A stretch of 35,057 nucleotides of DNA from a virus (taxonomy: Duplodnaviria > Caudoviricetes): positions 1 to 35,057 of IMG/VR virus record IMGVR_UViG_3300046169_000040; one strand, written 5' to 3'. The notes below the pieces were generated by a model, which worked only from the letters and a program-made list of their open reading frames with translations, did no database searches and was not told the origin of the DNA. Made by a program: the position numbers and the translations under genes. Below are positions 20,635 to 28,135 of this stretch, piece by piece (the first letter of the stretch is position 1; each line of letters begins with the position of its first letter).

Positions 20635-20848
20635 TGTCTAAAACTCCTATAGCCTGTGCAAACTCTCTACGTGTGTTAAAGTCCTCTAAGGCGTCACCAA
20701 CGTCGCTATAAATCAACATGTTGCCCACATAGTCCCCATCTTGACGCCACACAATGTGTGCGTTGTTTATGTCTGAGTAGCCGCAGTAAACTTTTGTTTT
20801 ACCGTTGTACATGTCAAAGCTTGTGAAGTAATCTACTGATGATTTCAT
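20627..20848 (-). CDS. Hypothetical early protein
   Basis: 73 aa, GAGGAG RBS, ATGA coupling. Confidence 0.65.
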   Translation of the reverse strand: MKSSVDYFTSFDMYNGKTKVYCGYSDINNAHIVWRQDGDYVGNMLIYSDVGDALEDFNTRREFAQAIGVLDNV

Positions 20849-21081
20849 GATACTAGCTCCTCTAGTTGTGACTGTGGCACTTCTAACGCTTCAGCACCAT
20901 TTAGCCACTGGTTAATGTGTTTGGTTGTAGTTGGGCTAAACTTCTTTTGTGTGCGTATGTACCCTCTGTTTGGTAGCCATGCTGCTACCGGTGTTTCATA
21001 GCTAAATAGAATGTCCATCGGTCCAGTGTGTAGATCATAGGTGACCTGTGTTGTGTTGCTTCCTAGTTGCTTGAGTTTCAT
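20845..21081 (-). CDS. Hypothetical early protein
   Basis: 78 aa; ILFSYETPVAA...FSPTTTKHINQW resembles a recurrent small phage family. Confidence 0.7.
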   Translation of the reverse strand: MKLKQLGSNTTQVTYDLHTGPMDILFSYETPVAAWLPNRGYIRTQKKFSPTTTKHINQWLNGAEALEVPQSQLEELVS

Positions 21082-21084
21082 CGC

Positions 21085-21258
21085 TTAACCCTCTAATTGA
21101 ATTAGTTTATCTACTAGTTTTTGATCTAGTGTTTGGTATTGAATGACCGTAAAAAAGCCGTTGTTGTAAATCCTTTCAAAACTTTTGTCTAGCCTTTTTA
21201 GTTCCTTCAGTGTGTTAGCTTTGTTTAGTTTGTACAATGCTGCTTGATAAGTTGTCAT
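21085..21258 (-). CDS. Hypothetical early protein (57 aa; not in the ORF track)
   Basis: MTTYQAALYKLNKANTLKELKRLDKSFERIYNNGFF...; ATGA overlap with the upstream gene; fills the gap. Confidence 0.6.
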   Translation of the reverse strand: MTTYQAALYKLNKANTLKELKRLDKSFERIYNNGFFTVIQYQTLDQKLVDKLIQLEG

Positions 21259-21449
21259 ACCTCTAGTTCCTCTAGTGCTTCCAGTGCTTCTGTAAATGCC
21301 TCTTGTTCAGTCCCTAAACCGTAGCAAGTGAAGGCATGGAAATCCACCCACTGTCCTCCAATAGGTGTCTGAAAGTTGAACATGGCGTTCTCGTTCCACT
21401 CAATGCGTACATGTCCGTGTGTCTCGTGTTCTAACTCTAAGTATTTCAT
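21255..21449 (-). CDS. Hypothetical early protein (first gene of the left arm)
   Basis: 64 aa, GGAG RBS. Confidence 0.65.
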   Translation of the reverse strand: MKYLELEHETHGHVRIEWNENAMFNFQTPIGGQWVDFHAFTCYGLGTEQEAFTEALEALEELEV

Positions 21450-21659
21450 GTTGTGGTGCTCCGTTGTGTTTGCTGATGTAGTTACTTTAGGTGCAACACT
21501 TGCTGTAGTCCAATATTAGTTTTGAATACTGAATCACAAAGTCATTTAGTTTATGAATAACTATTGACAATGCCTGGTGTTTGGTGTACTCGCGTGCGCG
21601 TGTGTAAATATAAGTAGTGGCTAGAGGGACCAACATAGGTTCACACACTTGTCAACTCA

Positions 21660-21676
21660 TGCAATCTCTGTGCCAA
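21660..21676 (-). promoter_or_regulatory. sigma54 (-24/-12) site 1
   Basis: Minus strand TTGGCACAGAGATTGCA matches YTGGCAC-N5-TTGCW with exact GG-N10-GC spacing. Confidence 0.65.
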
Positions 21677-21690
21677 TGTTGCACCCAAAG

Positions 21691-21710
21691 TTATCCACAG
21701 GTTGTCCCCA
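21691..21710 (+). promoter_or_regulatory. DnaA-box pair
   Basis: Perfect TTATCCACA (21691-21699) followed by degenerate TTGTCCCCA (21702-21710). Confidence 0.55.
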
Positions 21711-21722
21711 TGTTGCACCTCA

Positions 21723-21739
21723 TGCAACAACCATGCCAG
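21723..21739 (-). promoter_or_regulatory. sigma54 (-24/-12) site 2
   Basis: Minus strand CTGGCATGGTTGTTGCA, with GG-N10-GC spacing. Confidence 0.6.
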
Positions 21740-21790
21740 CTTCACGGGCTAACATGAGTTGCAACCCGTGTCAACTGGTAAAACTACGGC

Positions 21791-21819
21791 TTGACTTCTT
21801 TGGTTTCCTGATGTAAACT
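21791..21819 (+). promoter_or_regulatory. sigma70-type promoter
   Basis: TTGACT-17 bp-TAAACT. Confidence 0.5.
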
Positions 21820-21975
21820 TGAGGCGGGGGCCCCTGTTGCCACTGTATAATTATAGTTGTAGCTACCTACGTACAAAATAGGGCAAAATTAGAAAAAATA
21901 ACGGTAATTACTGCTTATGTAACCTCTTGTTTACACTAGTAAAACTACTACTTTGTAAAATAACTAAAAAATAAC

Positions 21976-22004
21976 TTGACTTTTATGTAAACTTATGTTA
22001 TACT
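21976..22004 (+). promoter_or_regulatory. sigma70-type promoter for the packaging/structural arm
   Basis: TTGACT-17 bp-TATACT with an extended -10 TG, 28 bp before the terS ATG. Confidence 0.8.
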
Positions 22005-22032
22005 ATAGTTGTAATTAGGGATAATTTATGTT

Positions 22033-22416
22033 ATGACCGACGTTGTTAAAAAAAGAGGTCGTGGTAGACCCCGTAAGTCAGAAGTAGCTGCTGTAAAACC
22101 TGGAAACAAAGGTGTAGTAGGCCGACCAAAGGGTGACGCAGCAATAATCAATGAATACAAAGCACGTATGTTGGCTTCACCTAAGTCACGTAGGGTGCTA
22201 GAAACTATTTTTGATGCTGCTTTGGACCATGACCATAAGAATCAGGCTGCTGCTTGGAAACTTGTGATGGACCGTATATTACCTGTAGGTGCTTTTGAAA
22301 AAGACGTAGTAAAAGACACTGGTAGAAACGCTATTCAGATCAACATTAGTGGCGTAGGTACTGCAGAGGTGTCAACACCTGACATTATAGAAGGAGAAGT
22401 AGTAGATGAGTCTTAA
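22033..22416 (+). CDS. Putative terminase small subunit
   Basis: 127 aa, first gene of the packaging module; basic N-terminus KKRGRGRPRK and GRPKG; helical core; IQINISG tail. Confidence 0.6.
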   Translation: MTDVVKKRGRGRPRKSEVAAVKPGNKGVVGRPKGDAAIINEYKARMLASPKSRRVLETIFDAALDHDHKNQAAAWKLVMDRILPVGAFEKDVVKDTGRNAIQINISGVGTAEVSTPDIIEGEVVDES

Positions 22417-22756
22417 GTACTTCACTAGAGAAGAATTTGACTGTCAGGTTACTGGTACAAACAACATGGAACGAGAGTTTCTAGAGAAGTTAGACGAGTT
22501 ACGTGAGGCATGTGGTTTTCCTTTTGAAGTCACGAGTGGCTATAGGCATCCAACTAAGCATCCTATAGAGGCTAAGAAAGACGTACCTGGTACTCACGCA
22601 CAAGGCATCGCGGCAGACATAAAAATAACAAATGCCGCTGATCGCCTAACTATTGTGACCAAAGCCATTGAACTTAAGTTTACTGGCATAGGTATTGACA
22701 AAGGTTTTGTACACGTGGACACGCGTGGTACTACTCCTGTTATGTGGACTTATTGA
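22406..22756 (+). CDS. Peptidase M15A family (probable endolysin)
   Basis: YFTREEFDC, VTSGYR, H.QGIAADI and FVHVDTR zinc-peptidase motifs. Confidence 0.85.
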   Translation: MSLKYFTREEFDCQVTGTNNMEREFLEKLDELREACGFPFEVTSGYRHPTKHPIEAKKDVPGTHAQGIAADIKITNAADRLTIVTKAIELKFTGIGIDKGFVHVDTRGTTPVMWTY

Positions 22757-22757
22757 T

Positions 22758-23099
22758 ATGAAGTTTTCACACGGTGATGCACTGACTGCTGGTTCTTCCA
22801 ATACTATCTTGGACGTGCCAGCTGGTTATGACGCAGTAGTTACTTACTTGTTTATTTCCAATACAACAGGTAGTAGTAAAAGCATTGATGCACGTTGGGT
22901 ACACAATAGTGTCAACATTGATTTCTTATCAGGTAAGAATGTTAACTCTGGAGAGTTCTTAGAGTTCGGTGGACAGTACGGTGAGTTTCTAGTAGCAAAG
23001 GAAGGAGACACCCTAAGTCTTACACCAGAAGCAGGATCAACGTTTGTTAGCATCATTTCGTTTGAATTAGTACTAGCAACACCAAGGCTGAACTTTTGA
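22758..23099 (+). CDS. Hypothetical beta-rich protein
   Basis: ATG at 22758 directly after the peptidase stop; stop overlaps the terL start. Confidence 0.65.
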   Translation: MKFSHGDALTAGSSNTILDVPAGYDAVVTYLFISNTTGSSKSIDARWVHNSVNIDFLSGKNVNSGEFLEFGGQYGEFLVAKEGDTLSLTPEAGSTFVSIISFELVLATPRLNF

Positions 23100-24349
23100 C
23101 CGACTTAAACATTGAGTTACTGCCTTGGCAACAAGATGTTTGGGCAGACGACACAAGATTTAAAATAGTAGCTGCTGGGCGACGTACAGGAAAGTCTAGG
23201 TTAGCAGCGTGGATGTTAATAGTTAACGCACTTAAGGCGGACAGAGGCCATGTATTTTACGTCGCACCTACTCAAGGACAAGCCAGAGACATCATGTGGC
23301 AAACCCTTTTGGAACTGGGACATCCTGTTATTAGTGGTAGTCACATTAATAATTTGCAAATCAAGCTTGTCAACGGAGCCACAATCAGCCTCAAAGGTGC
23401 AGATAGACCAGAGACCATGCGAGGTGTCAGCCTTAAGTTTTTAGTCATGGACGAATACGCAGACATGAAACCTGACGTATTTGAGCAGATCTTGAGACCG
23501 GCACTTGCCGACCAAAAGGGCTGTGCAATGTTCATTGGTACGCCAATGGGAAGGAACCACTTTTACGAATTGTACAAATATGCGGAATTAGATGATGACC
23601 CTACATACAAATCATGGCATTTTACGTCGTACGATAACCCGTTGTTGGACCCTGACGAAATCAACATTGCTAAAAAGTCTATGTCTTCTTACGCGTTTCG
23701 CCAAGAGTTTATGGCGTCGTTTGAAGCTCGTGGGTCAGAAATGTTTAAGGAAGATTGGGTTAAGTTTAGTAAGTCTAAGCCGGAAGTAGGAGATTATTAC
23801 ATTGCTGTTGACTTGGCAGGTTTTGAAGAAGTCAATAAGAAACGAACAAAGAATTCTAAGCTTGACGAAACTGCCATCGCCGTCGTTAAAGTTAGTGAGC
23901 ATGGTTGGTTTGTTGACAATATCATATATGGACGATGGAGTCTTGACGAAACGGCTACTAAAATCTTTCAGGCCGTCAGAGATTACCGTCCCGTATCGGT
24001 TGGAATCGAAAGAGGTATTGCTAAACAAGCCGTAATGTCTCCTTTAGTGGACTTACAAAAGAAGTACGGTACGTTCTTTAGAGTAGAAGAACTAACACAC
24101 GGTAATAAAAAGAAGACTGACAGGATTATGTGGGCGTTACAAGGTAGATTTGAAAACGGCTACATTACGTTAAATAAAGGTGAGTGGAATGCTAGGTTTC
24201 TTGACCAGCTGTTTCAATTCCCTGATCCATTAACTCACGATGACTTGGTTGACGCTTTAGCTTACATCGACCAGTTAGCTAATGTGGCGTACGACTATAC
24301 GTACGAGATTGAAGACCACGAAATCTTAGACGTAGTAGCAGGATACTAA
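23096..24349 (+). CDS. terL: Terminase large subunit
   Basis: Walker A AGRRTGKS, YVAPT, Walker B LVMDE, IGTP, nuclease AVDLA and HDDLVDA. Confidence 0.95.
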   Translation: MTDLNIELLPWQQDVWADDTRFKIVAAGRRTGKSRLAAWMLIVNALKADRGHVFYVAPTQGQARDIMWQTLLELGHPVISGSHINNLQIKLVNGATISLKGADRPETMRGVSLKFLVMDEYADMKPDVFEQILRPALADQKGCAMFIGTPMGRNHFYELYKYAELDDDPTYKSWHFTSYDNPLLDPDEINIAKKSMSSYAFRQEFMASFEARGSEMFKEDWVKFSKSKPEVGDYYIAVDLAGFEEVNKKRTKNSKLDETAIAVVKVSEHGWFVDNIIYGRWSLDETATKIFQAVRDYRPVSVGIERGIAKQAVMSPLVDLQKKYGTFFRVEELTHGNKKKTDRIMWALQGRFENGYITLNKGEWNARFLDQLFQFPDPLTHDDLVDALAYIDQLANVAYDYTYEIEDHEILDVVAGY

Positions 24350-24350
24350 T

Positions 24351-26390
24351 ATGAGTGAACTATACGAACAAGACCCATTGATGATCCAAGAATCTCTTGA
24401 AGACTGGGTTATGACTAAATGCGAAGACTGGAGGGACCACTACGAAAGCAACTATGAAAACAAATTTGAAGAATATTATCGACTCTGGCGTGGTCAGTGG
24501 GACCCTTCTGACAGCGAGCGTAGGTCTGAGCGTTCCCGTATTATTTCTCCTGCACTTCAACAGGCTGTTGAGTCTAATGTAGCAGAGTTAGAAGAAGCTA
24601 CGTTTGGTCGTGGCAAGTGGTTTGACGTTAGTGACAACTTTGGAGACACCCAAAGACAAGACGTGCAGTTCCTTCGTAACAAGCTTACGGAAGACTTTGA
24701 AAACTGCATGATACGTAAAGCTGTCGCAGAGTGTCTAATTAACTCAGCAGTCTTTGGTACAGGCATTGGTGAGATTGTTATTGAAGAAATGAAGGAAATG
24801 GTTCCTGCTACTGAGCCTATTATGGAAGGTCAGTTGCAAGCTGTAGGTGTAAATATTACTGACCGTGTGGTTGTTAAGCTTAAGCCAGTAATGCCTCAGA
24901 ACTTCCTAATTGATCCTGTAGCAACTAATGTTGAAGACGCTATGGGTGTAGCTATTGACGAGTTTGTTAGCAAACACCAAGTAGAACTTCTGCAGGAACA
25001 AGGCGTGTACCGTGACGTGTACGTTGGTTCTGCTGCTCCTGATACTGACTTAGAGCCTGACCAAGACCTAACTATTTACAATGACGACAAGGTACGTTTG
25101 ACTAAGTACTATGGTTTAGTGCCACGAGAGCTTCTAGATTCCGCTACAAGCGACGAAGACGAAGAACTGGTAGGTGAGGTAGAGTCAGATTCTCGTTACG
25201 TAGAGGCCGTTGTAGTGGTTGCTAACGGCGGTATACTTTTGAAGGCAGAGGCTAACCCCTACATGATGTCTGATCGTCCTGTAGTAGCTTTTCCTTGGGA
25301 CGTAGTACCTGGTCGCTTTTGGGGTCGTGGTGTTTGTGAAAAAGGCTACAACAGTCAGAAAGCTTTGGATACAGAACTACGTGCTCGTATTGATGCCTTA
25401 AGCCTTACAATTCATCCTATGATGGCTATTGATGCCACTCGTTTACCACGTGGTGCAAAACCAGAAGTACGTCCTGGTAAGATGATTCTAACCAACGGAG
25501 ATCCACGTGAAGTACTTCAACCGTTCAACTTTGGTCAAGTTAGTCAAATCACTTTTGCTCAAGCCGGAGCACTGCAGCAGATGGTACAGCAAGCAACAGG
25601 AGCAGTGGACTCAGCAGGAATTGCAGGTCAAGTTAATGGCGAGAGTACTGCCGCTGGCATTAGTATGTCTCTTGGCGCTATTATTAAACGCCATAAGCGT
25701 ACACTGATTAACTTCCAGCAGTCGTTTCTTATTCCTTTTGTCAAGAAAGCTGCACACCGTTATATGCAGTTTGACCCTGAAAACTATCCTGTAGCTGACT
25801 ATAAATTTAACGCTAGTTCTACTCTAGGTATTATTGCACGTGAGTACGAAGTAACTCAACTTGTACAACTACTACAAACTATGGGTCAGGACTCACCATT
25901 GTACAGTACACTAATAGAATCAGTTATTGACAACATGAATCTGTCTAACCGTGAAGAACTACTTGCGGCTATGCAACAAGCTTCACAGCCTAATCCTCAA
26001 GCACAACAAATGCAGATGGAGGCTCAACAAGCACAAATGCAGTTCCAGCAGTCACAAACAGCTGCTCTGTCTGCTCAGGCTCAAGAGTCACAAGCACGTG
26101 CCGCTAAGCTTGCTGCAGAGGCTGCTGTTGTACCACAGGAGCTTGAGATTGACAAGATTAACGCTATTACCCGTAACCTGCGTGAAGGTGACCAAGAGGA
26201 CAAAGAGTTTGAACGTCGTCTTAAAGTTGCTGAAACGCTTATCAAAGAAAAAGCAATAGACCAAAAAGGACAATCTAATGCTAATGACACAACGCGAAAT
26301 GCAAACCCTGCTAGACCAAGTCAACAGCCACTTCAAGGGAACGTTCCAACGCCTAGACGACCTAGAGAAGAAAGTGGAGGAGCTGTCTAA
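24351..26390 (+). CDS. Portal protein
   Basis: 679 aa directly after terL; FWGRGV and Q-rich C-terminal barrel as in P22-like portals. Confidence 0.85.
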   Translation: MSELYEQDPLMIQESLEDWVMTKCEDWRDHYESNYENKFEEYYRLWRGQWDPSDSERRSERSRIISPALQQAVESNVAELEEATFGRGKWFDVSDNFGDTQRQDVQFLRNKLTEDFENCMIRKAVAECLINSAVFGTGIGEIVIEEMKEMVPATEPIMEGQLQAVGVNITDRVVVKLKPVMPQNFLIDPVATNVEDAMGVAIDEFVSKHQVELLQEQGVYRDVYVGSAAPDTDLEPDQDLTIYNDDKVRLTKYYGLVPRELLDSATSDEDEELVGEVESDSRYVEAVVVVANGGILLKAEANPYMMSDRPVVAFPWDVVPGRFWGRGVCEKGYNSQKALDTELRARIDALSLTIHPMMAIDATRLPRGAKPEVRPGKMILTNGDPREVLQPFNFGQVSQITFAQAGALQQMVQQATGAVDSAGIAGQVNGESTAAGISMSLGAIIKRHKRTLINFQQSFLIPFVKKAAHRYMQFDPENYPVADYKFNASSTLGIIAREYEVTQLVQLLQTMGQDSPLYSTLIESVIDNMNLSNREELLAAMQQASQPNPQAQQMQMEAQQAQMQFQQSQTAALSAQAQESQARAAKLAAEAAVVPQELEIDKINAITRNLREGDQEDKEFERRLKVAETLIKEKAIDQKGQSNANDTTRNANPARPSQQPLQGNVPTPRRPREESGGAV

Positions 26391-26463
26391 TGTCAAAGAA
26401 AGCAGACCCAAGACTAGCACGAGCGGGCGTAAGCGGGTACAACAAACCAAAGAGGACTCCTAA
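26278..26463 (+). CDS. Small coiled-coil protein overlapping the portal 3' end
   Basis: AAAGGA RBS; heptad pattern FQRLDDLEKKVEELSN. Confidence 0.5.
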   Translation: MLMTQREMQTLLDQVNSHFKGTFQRLDDLEKKVEELSNVKESRPKTSTSGRKRVQQTKEDS

Positions 26464-26656
26464 TCACCCTAAGAAGTCCCACGTAGTTGTCGCTAAGGAA
26501 GGTGACAAAGTAAAGACCATACGCTTTGGCCAACAAGGCAAAACAGGTGATAAAACAATGACTAAAAGGGCTAAGTCGTTCAAAGCAAGACACGCTAAGA
26601 ACATAGCCAAAGGTAAGATGTCAGCTGCATTTTGGGCTAACAAAACTAAATGGTAA
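26390..26656 (+). CDS. Small Lys/Arg-rich protein
   Basis: 88 aa; KTIRFGQQG, KSFKARH, SAAFWA...W; GGAGGAG RBS. Confidence 0.75.
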   Translation: MSKKADPRLARAGVSGYNKPKRTPNHPKKSHVVVAKEGDKVKTIRFGQQGKTGDKTMTKRAKSFKARHAKNIAKGKMSAAFWANKTKW

Positions 26657-26666
26657 GGAGAACACT

Positions 26667-26780
26667 ATGCCAATGGTAAACGGTAAGAAGTACGCATACA
26701 CTACAGCAGGTAAAAAGAAAGCTAAAGAAGCGGCTAAAAAAACAGGTAAAAAGGTTCGTTATGCCAAAGGCAAAAAGTAG
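26667..26780 (+). CDS. Very small Lys-rich protein (37 aa; not in the ORF track)
   Basis: TAAGGAG RBS; MPMVNGKKYAYTTAGKKKAKEAAKKTGKKVRYAKGKK. Confidence 0.7.
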   Translation: MPMVNGKKYAYTTAGKKKAKEAAKKTGKKVRYAKGKK

Positions 26781-26916
26781 TCCTAAACCTAAAAACAAAG
26801 CTCTTTACTCACGAGTCAAAGCAGAGGCTAAAAAGAAGTACAAGGTTTGGCCTAGTGCGTATGCTTCAGGTTGGTTGACTAAAGAGTATAAAAAGCGTGG
26901 TGGAACCTATGAGTAA
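26761..26916 (+). CDS. Small Lys-rich protein (51 aa; not in the ORF track)
   Basis: MPKAKSSPKPKNKALYSRVKAEAKKKYKVWPSAYASGWLTKEYKKRGGTYE. Confidence 0.7.
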   Translation: MPKAKSSPKPKNKALYSRVKAEAKKKYKVWPSAYASGWLTKEYKKRGGTYE

Positions 26917-27151
26917 AACCAAAGGCGGTCTTACTAAATGGTTTAAAGAAGACTGGGTGGACGTTAAAACGGGTAAGCCTTGTGGTCGTAAGTCAGCTAC
27001 CAAGAGTAAACGTCCTTACCCTTCTTGTAGGCCTAAAGCGGTTGCAGCTAAGATGACAGCTGCTGAAAAAAAGTCTTCAGCTAAACGCAAAACCGGACCT
27101 GCTAAAATTAAACACGCAGTTACTGCTTCAGGGAGACGTAGAAAAAAGTGA
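26909..27151 (+). CDS. Small Lys/Arg-rich protein
   Basis: MSKTKGGLTKWFKEDWVDVKTGKPCGRK...YPSCRP; its TGA overlaps the GTG of the QueC-like gene. Confidence 0.7.
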   Translation: MSKTKGGLTKWFKEDWVDVKTGKPCGRKSATKSKRPYPSCRPKAVAAKMTAAEKKSSAKRKTGPAKIKHAVTASGRRRKK

Positions 27152-27837
27152 GTTACGAAACTAAAGTAAAGCAAGCTTTAGATATATGTTTAAACAAAAA
27201 CTACTTTAAGGGAAACGATAAAGAAACAGCTATAGTAATGTACTCAGGTGGTATGGACAGTGTGTCATTACTATGGAATCTTTTGGAACATACAGAACAA
27301 GACATACACGTACACTCAATACACATAGACAACTCTGAAGGCCGTGTTAAAGCAGAAGCAAAAGCTATAGAGAACACGATCAACTACATGAGAAAAAACC
27401 AAAGACCCTTTGAGTTCTCTTCTTCGGTGTACTCTTGGAAAGCTAAGTATCCAGGTGGTAAGGACATGGTGCTTGCACTATTCCAAGCTATGAGGACTGC
27501 TTCTGGTTTAGGCAAAGCTTTTAACATTGTTTATACAGGTGACTACAACATAGGTAGAGACGAAGGTGCTGAAGCACAAGGTGTGTTAAATGCACTATGC
27601 ACTACACGACGTGTTAAGCCTATTTGGTTAGCACCTTTTGAACACATGACGTACAACTCTGTAGAACGTAGCAAAGGTATCTACTTAAGTATGCCTGAAG
27701 AGTTACGTGAGATGTACTGGTCCTGTAGACATCCTACTGATGCTTTAGGTGGGTTTATTGTCTGTGGTGACTGCCACGCTTGTGAACGACAACAAGCAAT
27801 GCAAGAAAGTATAAAAAAAGACTTGACAAACGACTAA
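27148..27837 (+). CDS. QueC-like PP-loop ATPase (7-cyano-7-deazaguanine synthase family, divergent)
   Basis: PP-loop MYSGGMDS and C-terminal zinc motif WSC-x12-CGDCHAC. Confidence 0.75.
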   Translation: MSYETKVKQALDICLNKNYFKGNDKETAIVMYSGGMDSVSLLWNLLEHTEQDIHVHSIHIDNSEGRVKAEAKAIENTINYMRKNQRPFEFSSSVYSWKAKYPGGKDMVLALFQAMRTASGLGKAFNIVYTGDYNIGRDEGAEAQGVLNALCTTRRVKPIWLAPFEHMTYNSVERSKGIYLSMPEELREMYWSCRHPTDALGGFIVCGDCHACERQQAMQESIKKDLTND

Positions 27838-27851
27838 AAATATGCTATACT
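27823..27851 (+). promoter_or_regulatory. sigma70-type promoter for the head genes
   Basis: TTGACA-17 bp-TATACT with an extended -10 TG. Confidence 0.8.
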
Positions 27852-27880
27852 ATTACTATAGTTAAACATTAGAGGAAACT

Positions 27881-28135
27881 ATGACTCCTGAGCTTGAAAC
27901 TTATTTTAATAATTATAACGAACTCTTTAACCACGAAGGTTTCAAACAACTCATTCAAGAACTTTCTACTAACGCTACTCAGCTTGCTGATATACAAACA
28001 GTAAAAGATATAGAAGATCTACATTATCGTAAAGGACAAGTAGCTGCCTTCGCAACTATTATTAATTTACAAAACACTATTACTGCTGCTAGAGAACAAG
28101 CTGAAGCAGAAGAAGAAGAACCTTTAGATGTTTAA
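27881..28135 (+). CDS. Hypothetical head-module protein
   Basis: 84 aa, GAGGA RBS; helical, with LHYRKGQ motif. Confidence 0.7.
   Translation: MTPELETYFNNYNELFNHEGFKQLIQELSTNATQLADIQTVKDIEDLHYRKGQVAAFATIINLQNTITAAREQAEAEEEEPLDV

Noticed and set aside
21450-22032. tRNA or other known ncRNA gene in the spacer
   Set aside because: No cloverleaf or T-loop GTTCRA pattern found by eye; an Rfam search was not possible.
27148-27837. Complete 7-deazaguanine DNA modification pathway
   Set aside because: No dpdA, folE, queD or queE recognisable.
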